Origin: Acaryochloris marina MBIC11017
GTDB taxonomy: Bacteria; Cyanobacteriota; Cyanobacteriia; Thermosynechococcales; Thermosynechococcaceae
Length of the DNA: 32,000 bases
Assembly: GCF_000018105.1 (NCBI RefSeq)
Contig: NC_009925.1
Span: 3,810,001 to 3,842,000 of the forward strand
Reading direction: 5' to 3'
Shown: positions 14,529 to 22,118 of the stretch, in pieces
How positions within the stretch are numbered: position 1 is the first letter of the stretch
Layout: each line of letters opens with the position of its first letter
Program-made: the position numbers and the translations under genes
The notes under the pieces: generated by a model
The model's input: the letters and a program-made list of their open reading frames with translations, nothing else
The model's database searches: none
What the model was told of the DNA's origin: nothing

Positions 14529-15088
14529 TCCTGAGGTAAAACCCTAAGCCAGGGCTTATGGGCTCGGCGGCGCTCTAAACTCATTTCTAAGCCATAGGCT
14601 TTAAATTCTTGTTCACTGTAATATTCCCGGAACCGGGCTAAAGGGACACGGGATCGACCATCTAGAGAGTGAACAATAGAAGTCGGAAGACGGACATCCC
14701 CGCCTAAGTGAACAAAGGCTTCTTCCACTGTCATCCAGGGGCGTTTGGAATCGCTAACTTCTGTGGGAATGGCTTGTTCTAAACTGCTGAGTTTATCGGT
14801 TAGGCCCTTAACCATATTGCCGGGCTTGATATTCGAATTTTGCTTTGATTTCTGTAGTTTCCCCATCCATACTTGAAACAGAGAGCCGACATACTGGAAG
14901 ATTCGCTTGAGGATTCGCCCACAGACTTGCAGAATACTGCCAACCCCAGCCCCTTCTTGACTAGATGGGTTGTTATGGGAAGCGATAGCCGCACTAGACC
15001 AGCCGCAATGAGCACAAACTTGACGACCGGATTTGAGAGGAGGGCCTAAGCGATTGGAACAACGGGGGCAGGTTTCCAGCATAGTCAA
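14525..15088 (-). CDS. Hypothetical protein with an N-terminal zinc ribbon
   Basis: 187 aa. CPRCSNRLGPPLKSGRQVCAHCGW is a CxxC...CxxC motif. It is convergent with the TLP gene and overlaps it by 4 nt. No other family signature is recognised. Confidence 0.55.
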   Translation of the reverse strand: MTMLETCPRCSNRLGPPLKSGRQVCAHCGWSSAAIASHNNPSSQEGAGVGSILQVCGRILKRIFQYVGSLFQVWMGKLQKSKQNSNIKPGNMVKGLTDKLSSLEQAIPTEVSDSKRPWMTVEEAFVHLGGDVRLPTSIVHSLDGRSRVPLARFREYYSEQEFKAYGLEMSLERRRAHKPWLRVLPQD

Positions 15089-15127
15089 AGTCTCCTAAGA
15101 CAGGGATGCATGAACGAAGATAACAAG

Positions 15128-15583
15128 TTAAGTCAAGCTCTCTAGTGCAGATGTAGGACCTAGATTATGGAGGATTTCTAATGGTAAGCCGTCGGCATCA
15201 GCGGCAAAGGCCACATGATACGTTTGGTTACCAATGGTTTGTGGCATGGGATAAAGCAGGACTTTTAAGGTAATTGAAACTGCTTTGAGTCGTTCTCGCC
15301 ATTGTTCAAGCCAGGTCGATAAGGTTTGGTCTGCCAATAGGTCATCTGTGACATCTATCGATAAATGATAATAGCCTACGTAATGTTCGTCGCCAAAGGC
15401 ATCGGCTGGCGGTTGAGGATCTGGGATTTGAATCAGTTCGAGTCTGCCAATCGGACCCTCCAGCCAACACCCCAGAGTATACCCAGTTGTAAATCGTTCG
15501 ATAACGTCGAAGTCTAGAGTTTGATAGAACGTGATCGCCCGGTGGATATCCCCGGTCCGAATCGACATATGATGCCCCTTCAT
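15128..15583 (-). CDS. VOC-family (glyoxalase/bleomycin-resistance/dioxygenase fold) protein
   Basis: 151 aa. The N-terminal IHRAITFYQTLDFDV and the later YHLSIDV, HVAFAADADGLPLEI follow the paired beta-alpha-beta-beta-beta VOC pattern. An alternative start is MSIRTG at 15568. Confidence 0.7.
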   Translation of the reverse strand: MKGHHMSIRTGDIHRAITFYQTLDFDVIERFTTGYTLGCWLEGPIGRLELIQIPDPQPPADAFGDEHYVGYYHLSIDVTDDLLADQTLSTWLEQWRERLKAVSITLKVLLYPMPQTIGNQTYHVAFAADADGLPLEILHNLGPTSALESLT

Positions 15584-15655
15584 GGCGATATCCCGATACG
15601 CTGACCATTAGATATACCATAGCCTTATCATCGCTGAGCTATAGATTCAGAAGGC

Positions 15656-16162
15656 TTAATCAAATAGGCGAAAATGAGGAGAATTACTGGGAATACCAGG
15701 TTCCTTATCGAGATCAAAGTTAATGACTTGCCAGCGAGGATCATCCTCAGAGTCTGGGCTAAATTCTACGGGTAACCCATATAAGCGCGGACGCCCGGAC
15801 GGGTTTTTCTCGGACCAAGGGGAATGTTCTAGATAGGTGTTGATTAAGATTCGATAGCGTTGGGCAATAATCACTTTGGTGGCACGATACCCTTCGGTAT
15901 AGAGGCGATCTAGGGCTTCATGGATTTCAAAGCGAATCCCATCAGGATGGGTATGTTGGCGGTACCATTGCCCATCCCATAACCGCCAATGACGCCCCGA
16001 TTGAAGGTGGACCAAATCTTCGGTCTTGGGGTCGGCTTCAAAGGCACCGTGACGTTGGCAAAGATAGGTATCGGTTAAGGTTAAAGCGGTCATCATTTGC
16101 CGGCAATGGGGACAGAGTGTCTCAGGCCCAAAAATTGGATAGTGCATGCTGACATGTGTCAT
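15656..16162 (-). CDS. Conserved hypothetical protein (CxxC ... C..H metal-binding-like N-terminus)
   Basis: 168-aa ORF with no competing frame. It contains MHYPIFGPETLCPHCRQMMTALTLTDTYLCQRHGAF. It looks like a cyanobacteria-restricted conserved protein, but I cannot name the family with certainty. Confidence 0.6.
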   Translation of the reverse strand: MTHVSMHYPIFGPETLCPHCRQMMTALTLTDTYLCQRHGAFEADPKTEDLVHLQSGRHWRLWDGQWYRQHTHPDGIRFEIHEALDRLYTEGYRATKVIIAQRYRILINTYLEHSPWSEKNPSGRPRLYGLPVEFSPDSEDDPRWQVINFDLDKEPGIPSNSPHFRLFD

Positions 16163-16245
16163 GGAGTCAGAAAGAGCCGAAGAACTCTGGTTGCCGCTCA
16201 GGTGGCTTCATTATAACTGTGAATTGTTGAGCGTGGCTGTTCTGA

Positions 16246-16845
16246 ATGGTCTGGAGGCTGTCTCTTTTCAGGGTAGGATCGAGGCGGTGTTTTAACCCGA
16301 TAACCTTGGAATTTTCTAGTCCCCAATATTGGCCACCACCAGATTGTTCCTTAGCGGCATTTGTGGCAGATAATGCCACGGTGATCGGCAATATTCAAAT
16401 TAATCGAGAGGCAAGCATTTGGTATGGTGCGGTGCTGCGGGGTGATGTAGAACGCATTGAAATTGGTGAATATACCAATATTCAAGATGGGGCCATTCTC
16501 CATGGTGATCCAGGACAGCCAACGATTCTAGAAGATTATGTGACTGTTGGTCATCGAGCAGTGATTCATTCAGCTCATATTGAGCGAGGCACATTGATTG
16601 GCATTGGCGCCATTGTTCTCAATGGCGTGCATATTGGTGCTGGCAGCATTATTGGGGCTGGGGCAGTGGTTTCGAAGTCGGTTCCCCCTCGGTCCCTGTG
16701 GGTAGGGATACCTGCCAAGCCTTTACGAGAACTGAGTGAAGCAGAATCCGATAATTTGATAGACCATGCCCGCCACTATCAAAAATTGGCTTTAGTTCAC
16801 GCCAATCGCGGGACTGATTTGGGTTTCAAAACTATTGAGCGCTAA
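16246..16845 (+). CDS. Gamma-carbonic-anhydrase-family / left-handed beta-helix (hexapeptide repeat) protein
   Basis: AAFVADNATVIGNIQINREASIWYGAVLRGDVERIEIGEYTNIQDGAILHGD...VTVGHRAVIHSAHIERGTLIGIGAIVLNGVHIGAGSIIGAGAVV is the YrdA/PaaY-type LbH pattern with conserved His residues. The true start is probably downstream of 16246, for example TTG 16306. Confidence 0.85.
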   Translation: MVWRLSLFRVGSRRCFNPITLEFSSPQYWPPPDCSLAAFVADNATVIGNIQINREASIWYGAVLRGDVERIEIGEYTNIQDGAILHGDPGQPTILEDYVTVGHRAVIHSAHIERGTLIGIGAIVLNGVHIGAGSIIGAGAVVSKSVPPRSLWVGIPAKPLRELSEAESDNLIDHARHYQKLALVHANRGTDLGFKTIER

Positions 16846-16934
16846 GTCTAAGGGATTCCGATTAGAAAAATCTGACTAATTGTAGGACAATAAGTAAAAA
16901 GTGCTTTTAAAATAATTCTGAGAGGAGATTGAGC

Positions 16935-17045
16935 ATGGATGTACGTTTATTAATTGTTTTAGCTCCTGTTGCTATTGCTGGTGGTTGGGCTTTGTTCAGA
17001 ATCTTCCCCGCCGCTATCGAGCAATGGCAAGGCATGAACAAGTAA
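16935..17045 (+). CDS. psbY: Photosystem II protein Y
   Basis: Not in the ORF track (36 aa). ATG 16935 is preceded by GAGAGGAG. It translates as [36 protein letters not shown]. This is the length, single-TM layout and MD.R.l.VL.P...a.gWA pattern of PsbY. Confidence 0.75.
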   Translation: MDVRLLIVLAPVAIAGGWALFRIFPAAIEQWQGMNK

Positions 17046-17212
17046 CCGGGACGTAATTGTTCAAGGTACTCCTAACTTAGTAAACGAGTCAGAGGCTAGC
17101 GTCAGTTGGCCTTTGATTTGCGCTTTAAACGGTTCGGAGCACCAAAACTGAGAAGCCAAAGCTATTGGTTATCGGTCGATATGCTTAACGGATATTCCGC
17201 TTTAGAGCGTTC

Positions 17213-17746
17213 CTAGCATCTCAAATAAGGCAATAATTGTTGCGTTGTTTCTCCCGATAATTTTAAACGTCGTTGCAAATCTGCTATGTGTTGATAGGGA
17301 CCGTGGGCAATGCGATCGCGGATAATGTTTCGTGCCAAACTCGGTATCATCTCGGGTATCGTCATCAGCTGTTCTACGGACGCCGCATTGAGGTTGAAAG
17401 CGGGGGCTAGGGCAATGCTCTCCTGGTCGTAGTAGCAAAACTGCATCACTGCTGCTAACGGCTGCATCCGCTGGACGGGCTGGGATAAGGCAGCAGCCAC
17501 ATCTTCAATGGCGTAAAATTGGACGCCGTTCTGGGTTAATTGCACGAGCTGTCGGGCCTGATGAATGGATAGGCCCGGCAGGCGCAGCCAATCATCGACA
17601 CTGGCTTGATTCACATCAATTCTCACGCCCAACTCAGCGGCTAAGGCAACTTCTGCTAGGGACTGAAACCGATAATAGGGGTCAGCCAAAATCTGATCTC
17701 GTAGCGGTCCTTGTTGTTGAGTCCACTGTACGAGGCGGTTGAGCAT
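17213..17746 (-). CDS. Helix-hairpin-helix (ComEA-like) DNA-binding repeat protein
   Basis: There are two HhH units: IDVNQASVDDWLRLPGLSIHQARQLV and NLNAASVEQLMTIPEMIPSLARNIIRDRIAHGPYQHIADL. Confidence 0.7.
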   Translation of the reverse strand: MLNRLVQWTQQQGPLRDQILADPYYRFQSLAEVALAAELGVRIDVNQASVDDWLRLPGLSIHQARQLVQLTQNGVQFYAIEDVAAALSQPVQRMQPLAAVMQFCYYDQESIALAPAFNLNAASVEQLMTIPEMIPSLARNIIRDRIAHGPYQHIADLQRRLKLSGETTQQLLPYLRC

Positions 17747-17766
17747 GGCTAATTAATTTAGGTGCA

Positions 17767-18180
17767 CTAACCTAAGAGCTGTCGTCGCTGTTGTTCAAAT
17801 TCGTAGTCGGTCACTAATCCCTCTTGGCGGAGGCTTTCGAGCTGGCGTAGTGACTCTGCGATCGCATTCATTTGTGCGGGTTCGAGGGTGGGTTGCGACG
17901 GTTGAGGCCAAGCCGGATTAAACGCTTGGTGGAACCGATCATCCCCCTGAGTTAAATAAATCACAGCATCGCATAAGCTCGCTACTCGGGTGAGAGTGGC
18001 GATGGGTAACGTTGCCCAAAAAATACCCGGCAGCAAATACACGAGACCCCAACGAGTCTGGCCCAGATAAAGCTTATGCAGACCGGGTAGGAGTAGACCT
18101 GCAAGGGCTAGGACAATGGCAACGATACGATTCTTGGGTCTCGGTAAGGCAAGACCCGCTTGAGTCGAGTCAAGAGTCAT
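17767..18180 (-). CDS. Membrane protein with a TM2-like N-terminal domain and a C-terminal SHOCT domain
   Basis: IVAIVLALAGLLLPGLHKLYLGQTRWGLVYLL is TM2-like. The C-terminal LRQLESLRQEGLVTDYEFEQQRRQLL is a SHOCT motif. The gene lies 20 nt upstream of the HhH gene. Confidence 0.7.
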   Translation of the reverse strand: MTLDSTQAGLALPRPKNRIVAIVLALAGLLLPGLHKLYLGQTRWGLVYLLPGIFWATLPIATLTRVASLCDAVIYLTQGDDRFHQAFNPAWPQPSQPTLEPAQMNAIAESLRQLESLRQEGLVTDYEFEQQRRQLLG

Positions 18181-18295
18181 CGGTCAAGAGAAAACACAAC
18201 GGCTAGCTGAATGGATTAGTTCTAGCACATTGCTGGCGCTCCCGTGCAAGGAAAAAAGCGATCAGTCTCTTCCGTCAATAGAACGGTGGCTGATC

Positions 18296-18496
18296 TTAGG
18301 GAGATAGGCGATGAGCGAGTTTCTCCATCCACCGGACTGTTTTTTGCCAAGTATGGCTGGGAGAAGGCTTAACCCTGTAGGGCTGTCGTCGCTGACACCC
18401 TTGCAAGTTCTCTAGCATCCGGTGCAGATTCTGATCTTGTGCCGCCAGCTGATGGGTGAGGCAATGGGATTGGCGCTGGCAAGTTTGACAAAGCAT
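18296..18496 (-). CDS. Small Cys-rich hypothetical protein
   Basis: ORF 18296-18505 (TTG). ATG at 18496 gives MLCQTCQRQSHC... (66 aa). AGGAG lies 12 nt upstream on the - strand. No homology is recognised, so support is weak. Confidence 0.3.
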   Translation of the reverse strand: MLCQTCQRQSHCLTHQLAAQDQNLHRMLENLQGCQRRQPYRVKPSPSHTWQKTVRWMEKLAHRLSP

Positions 18497-18680
18497 AGTA
18501 GACAATCACTCCTACTCAAGGAAGTCGCGATGCCCTAGAAAGGCTCGAACATCGCAATGGAGAACGCTTTTGAGGAGTGAGGGAAACAATAAAAGGTTCA
18601 TCAATTCTAGCCAAGACCTACCCAAATGGCAGGCTTGCAATATTTCGTTTTATAAAGCAATATGAGACAGAGGCTGAATA

Positions 18681-19187
18681 TCAGTCTATGTAAGCGTGAG
18701 AGACAGAAACCACATATTGTTGAGCATTGCTGGTGTCGATCAGCACTTCCATAAGGTAAGCACCATCAGAAAAATCTGCGTATAGCAGTGATGCCATCTG
18801 TTTCCCTTGTTGTTGCAGGGGTGAATCAGAGAAAATTTGGCTATCCGTCTGGCGTCGCCATTGCTGAATTTTGCTGAAAGGTGCTTGCTGCTGCAAGGCC
18901 AGTAAGTCTTGGGGCTGAATCGTTAACTCTGCTTGATAAGTAGGATTAAAGCCTGAAATGCATTGTTCTCGGAGAATACGGGCACTGGCAGGCCATTGAG
19001 TAATCTTTACTTTGGCGTCAAAGGTGTCACAAGGAACTGAGCCGCCTAAAGGGTTCCAACACCCTCCTAGTCCGATAACCAATACCCAAAATAGTTGGCT
19101 ACATCGAGTTATTTGCAAGAGAGTGCTCCCCAGAGTCTTAACGCGTGTAATTTCAAAAGAATCATAGCTTTTTGACTCCCTTTTCAC
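18681..19187 (-). CDS. Hypothetical exported or membrane-anchored protein
   Basis: 168-aa ORF with a hydrophobic segment (LFWVLVIGLGGC, lipobox-like). No family is recognised. Confidence 0.5.
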   Translation of the reverse strand: MKRESKSYDSFEITRVKTLGSTLLQITRCSQLFWVLVIGLGGCWNPLGGSVPCDTFDAKVKITQWPASARILREQCISGFNPTYQAELTIQPQDLLALQQQAPFSKIQQWRRQTDSQIFSDSPLQQQGKQMASLLYADFSDGAYLMEVLIDTSNAQQYVVSVSHAYID

Positions 19188-19404
19188 GATGAAGCTGCTG
19201 TTGCAGGACTTGAGACTATCTCATTCCGTACTGGTTTGAATATGGTCCATCACCCCCCAACTTTAGGGATTTTCAGTTAACTTTGATGGGGAGTGGCAGC
19301 GCCAAAGCTGGCCTATTCTGGAAGCGCCTATGCCCACCTAGCCGACTTATACCGGAGGAGGCAACATCCCTTACAGTGGAGACAGAACATTTCAGGTCAG
19401 AGTA

Positions 19405-20289
19405 GTGGTTGTTAAGCCCAATTGGTTACGAGTGAAAGCCCCGCAATGGGAGCGTGTGGGCAATGTTAAAGACATTTTACGGGACCTACATCTGAATACG
19501 GTTTGTGAAGAAGCCTCCTGTCCCAATATTGGAGAGTGTTTCCACCACGGCACGGCGACGTTCTTAATTATGGGACCAGCCTGCACTCGGGCTTGCCCTT
19601 ATTGTGATATCGATTTTGAGAAAAAGCCCGTAGCCCTTGACCCCACAGAACCCCATCGCTTAGCAGAAGCCGTGCGTCGGATGGGGCTCAATCATGTGGT
19701 GATTACCTCGGTCAATCGCGATGATTTGCCTGATGGCGGAGCCTCACAGTTTGTTCGCTGTATAGAGCAGATCCGAATCCTGTCCTCCCAGACCACCATT
19801 GAAGTGTTGATTCCTGATTTATGTGGCAACTGGGAAGCCCTAGAGACCATTCTGCAGGCGGCACCGGAAGTGATCAATCACAATACGGAAACCATACCGC
19901 GTCTGTATAAGCGGGTTCGCCCTCAAGGAGAGTATCAGCGGACGTTGGATTTGCTGATGCGATCACGCCAGCTCGCCCCTTGGATTTACACAAAATCCGG
20001 CATCATGGTGGGTCTAGGCGAAACAGATACTGAAGTGCGAGAGGTCATGGCTGATTTACGCCAAGTGGATTGCGATATTCTCACCATTGGCCAATATTTG
20101 CAGCCCACAGCGAAACACCTAGGTGTGCAAGATTTCGTCCATCCCGATCAATTTGCTACCTGGCAAGCCCTCGGGGAAGAGATGGGCTTTTTGCAGATTG
20201 TGTCCTCCCCCCTCACTCGCAGTTCCTATCATGCCGAGCAAGTCCAAGCCTTAATGGCAAAATATCCTCGTGCTAAACCTGAACTATAG
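19405..20289 (+). CDS. lipA: Lipoyl synthase (radical SAM)
   Basis: [12 protein letters not shown] (auxiliary cluster) and [10 protein letters not shown] (radical-SAM CxxxCxxC), plus the C-terminal RSSYHA motif. 294 aa. Confidence 0.92.
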   Translation: MVVKPNWLRVKAPQWERVGNVKDILRDLHLNTVCEEASCPNIGECFHHGTATFLIMGPACTRACPYCDIDFEKKPVALDPTEPHRLAEAVRRMGLNHVVITSVNRDDLPDGGASQFVRCIEQIRILSSQTTIEVLIPDLCGNWEALETILQAAPEVINHNTETIPRLYKRVRPQGEYQRTLDLLMRSRQLAPWIYTKSGIMVGLGETDTEVREVMADLRQVDCDILTIGQYLQPTAKHLGVQDFVHPDQFATWQALGEEMGFLQIVSSPLTRSSYHAEQVQALMAKYPRAKPEL

Positions 20290-20310
20290 TGACACTCTAG
20301 AAAGTGTCAC
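20289..20310 (+). terminator. Hairpin directly after the lipA stop
   Basis: GTGACACT (20289-20296), loop CTAGAA, AGTGTCAC (20303-20310), a perfect 8-bp stem. A T6 run follows about 25 nt downstream (around 20335). The geometry is not textbook. Confidence 0.4.
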
Positions 20311-20487
20311 CTTCTGGTAAAGGCCAGGACCTGCCAGTTTTTTATGCTGGGTGACAGAATTTCATACACTTTGTCTCCGCTAGCGAAGCTCAAAGCCCGT
20401 GTAATTTGAAGAGGTGTGTCTGCAAAAGGCATGCCTCTTTGATTTTTCTAACTTGACCCATAGGAAAATGACTAGAGGGTGGTATGA

Positions 20488-21477
20488 ATGGGGAATCCTG
20501 TTTATGCTGAACGGAGAATCTGGGCCATGCTTTCCTTAGCCTTAGTGTTGATCGTGGGTTTAGGCAGTGTAGGGCTGTATTTAACAGCCTACGTCTATCC
20601 AGAAATTCACCGCAAAACCGATGTTTGGTGGAGCGGTACGGGACTTTTTTATGCCTTAATCCTGTTGATCTATCGCCGTCCTGTCGGCTTGTTGTTGGGC
20701 CATACAGCGAGTGTTTTCCTGCTGGTTTGGCTGAGTTATCAAGCCTTGCAGCGTCGCTGGGCTATGGTAGAGGCGAATCCAGCACAACCAGATCCAGGAA
20801 CTTGGGGGGCTGATGCCCGAAAGATATCCGATCAGGCCATTGCCAAAATTACTAGCGTGAATTGGCAAGGATTATGGGAAAAGATGGGACAGCAGGCGGA
20901 TGATGGAACGTCTGACAAGTCAATTTTGCCTCCGGCCATCAAACAGCGCCTAGACCTATCAGGCTTAGGTGAAAAACTAAAAGGCATGATGGGTGGCAAG
21001 CAGACTCCTGAGGTTGAGGCCCCCGCAGAGACTGTTCAGCCTACTGCTGTCAGTACGCCTGTAGATGCACCTGCCACAGAACCTCCTGCTGAACAAACCA
21101 CTGAACCAATATCAGACACCACAGTACAACCAGCGCCCATCGCTGAAACAGCTCCCCCGATTGAAGAACCTACTGCTCAGGTGTCCTCGAGTGAAGAACC
21201 AGTCGTTGACGCAACACCTGTGATTGAAGCACCCACTACAGTGCAAATGCCAGCTACTCCTAGTTCTGATGTCTCTACGAACAGTTCAGCCCAAGCAGCC
21301 GGAGAGACTGAACCTGCGGTGCAGACAGAGGTTGTGGCAGAATCTTCAAAAGCTGTAGAGCCCAATACCGATAAAGCTGACTTAACGGCTGAGTTAGATC
21401 AAGTCATTTCTGACCTCTCTCCAGATGGACAAGACACGACTCCGAATTTGCCTCAACCTCCTGATCCACTGGGATAA
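20488..21477 (+). CDS. Membrane protein (possibly Ycf66-like N-terminus) with a long acidic Pro/Thr/Ala-rich tail
   Basis: The N-terminal 90 aa hold about three TM segments (LALVLIVGLGSVGLYLTAYVYPEIHRKTDVWWSGTGLFYALILL...). The remainder is low-complexity P/T/E/A-rich. The Ycf66 resemblance is from memory only. Confidence 0.6.
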   Translation: MGNPVYAERRIWAMLSLALVLIVGLGSVGLYLTAYVYPEIHRKTDVWWSGTGLFYALILLIYRRPVGLLLGHTASVFLLVWLSYQALQRRWAMVEANPAQPDPGTWGADARKISDQAIAKITSVNWQGLWEKMGQQADDGTSDKSILPPAIKQRLDLSGLGEKLKGMMGGKQTPEVEAPAETVQPTAVSTPVDAPATEPPAEQTTEPISDTTVQPAPIAETAPPIEEPTAQVSSSEEPVVDATPVIEAPTTVQMPATPSSDVSTNSSAQAAGETEPAVQTEVVAESSKAVEPNTDKADLTAELDQVISDLSPDGQDTTPNLPQPPDPLG

Positions 21478-21570
21478 TGTGGGCAATTTATCCAACTCCC
21501 AAGTTGTAGTGCCATTACTAAGCAGTGATTGAGTTGTAGATTTTGCTGATTAAGGTCAGCGTTAAAGCTG

Positions 21571-21822
21571 ATGATATTTCCTGAAGACCCTAGCCGCGAT
21601 GAGTTAATCAGAATTGTTCAACTGATTATCGAGTCCAAGGGGACAGAGACAGAATTGGATCAGATGCTAGATTGGGTTGAAACCTATAGTCCTCACCCGA
21701 ATGTGTCTGATCTGATCTTCTACCCCGAGGATAGTGACAGTCTTACAGCCGAGAATATCGTCGACAAGATATTCCAATATAGACCTATCATCACTTCTTC
21801 CTTCTCCACAGAAGCACTGTAA
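21571..21822 (+). CDS. Colicin/pyocin DNase-type immunity protein family (Im7/Im9-like)
   Basis: 83 aa. SRDELIRIVQLIIESKGTETELDQMLDWVETYSPHPNVSDLIFYPEDSDSLTAENIVDKIFQYR is collinear with Im9 [66 protein letters not shown]. The shared core is HP..SDLI[YF]YP...S...IV......[WY]R. Confidence 0.7.
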   Translation: MIFPEDPSRDELIRIVQLIIESKGTETELDQMLDWVETYSPHPNVSDLIFYPEDSDSLTAENIVDKIFQYRPIITSSFSTEAL

Positions 21823-22118
21823 TTCTGTGACAGTATGAAATGAAGTAAAACAAGTGTGGCTTCAACATATTTTTGTTTGAGAATGCCGATAGCTTCAATA
21901 GCAATGGAGAAATCTATACTGTAATGGCCCTAGTCTTCAAGCCCAGAGATTTATGAGGAAGTGTAAGGGATCGATTGGGGGAGAATACCTGGGAATCTCT
22001 GTTGATCCATAAGCTGAATAATGCCATGATCGCTCAGCGCCAGAAGATATCGATGGCCCAGAAATTATAAGGTGCACGTTGTGATGTGCACGGTTAAATC
22101 TCAATAGATAACCCTGAA

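Noticed and set aside
16167-16391. 74-aa ORF on the - strand between the conserved hypothetical and gamma-CA-like genes
   Set aside because: It overlaps the 5' part of the LbH gene frame and has no motifs or RBS. This region is probably a divergent promoter region.
20980-21477. Possible tandem DNA repeats in the Pro/Thr/Glu/Ala-rich tail of the 20488-21477 gene, and likewise in ftsY 31400-31860
   Set aside because: This is low-complexity protein-coding sequence without exact nucleotide repeat units, so it is not a repeat array or a CRISPR.
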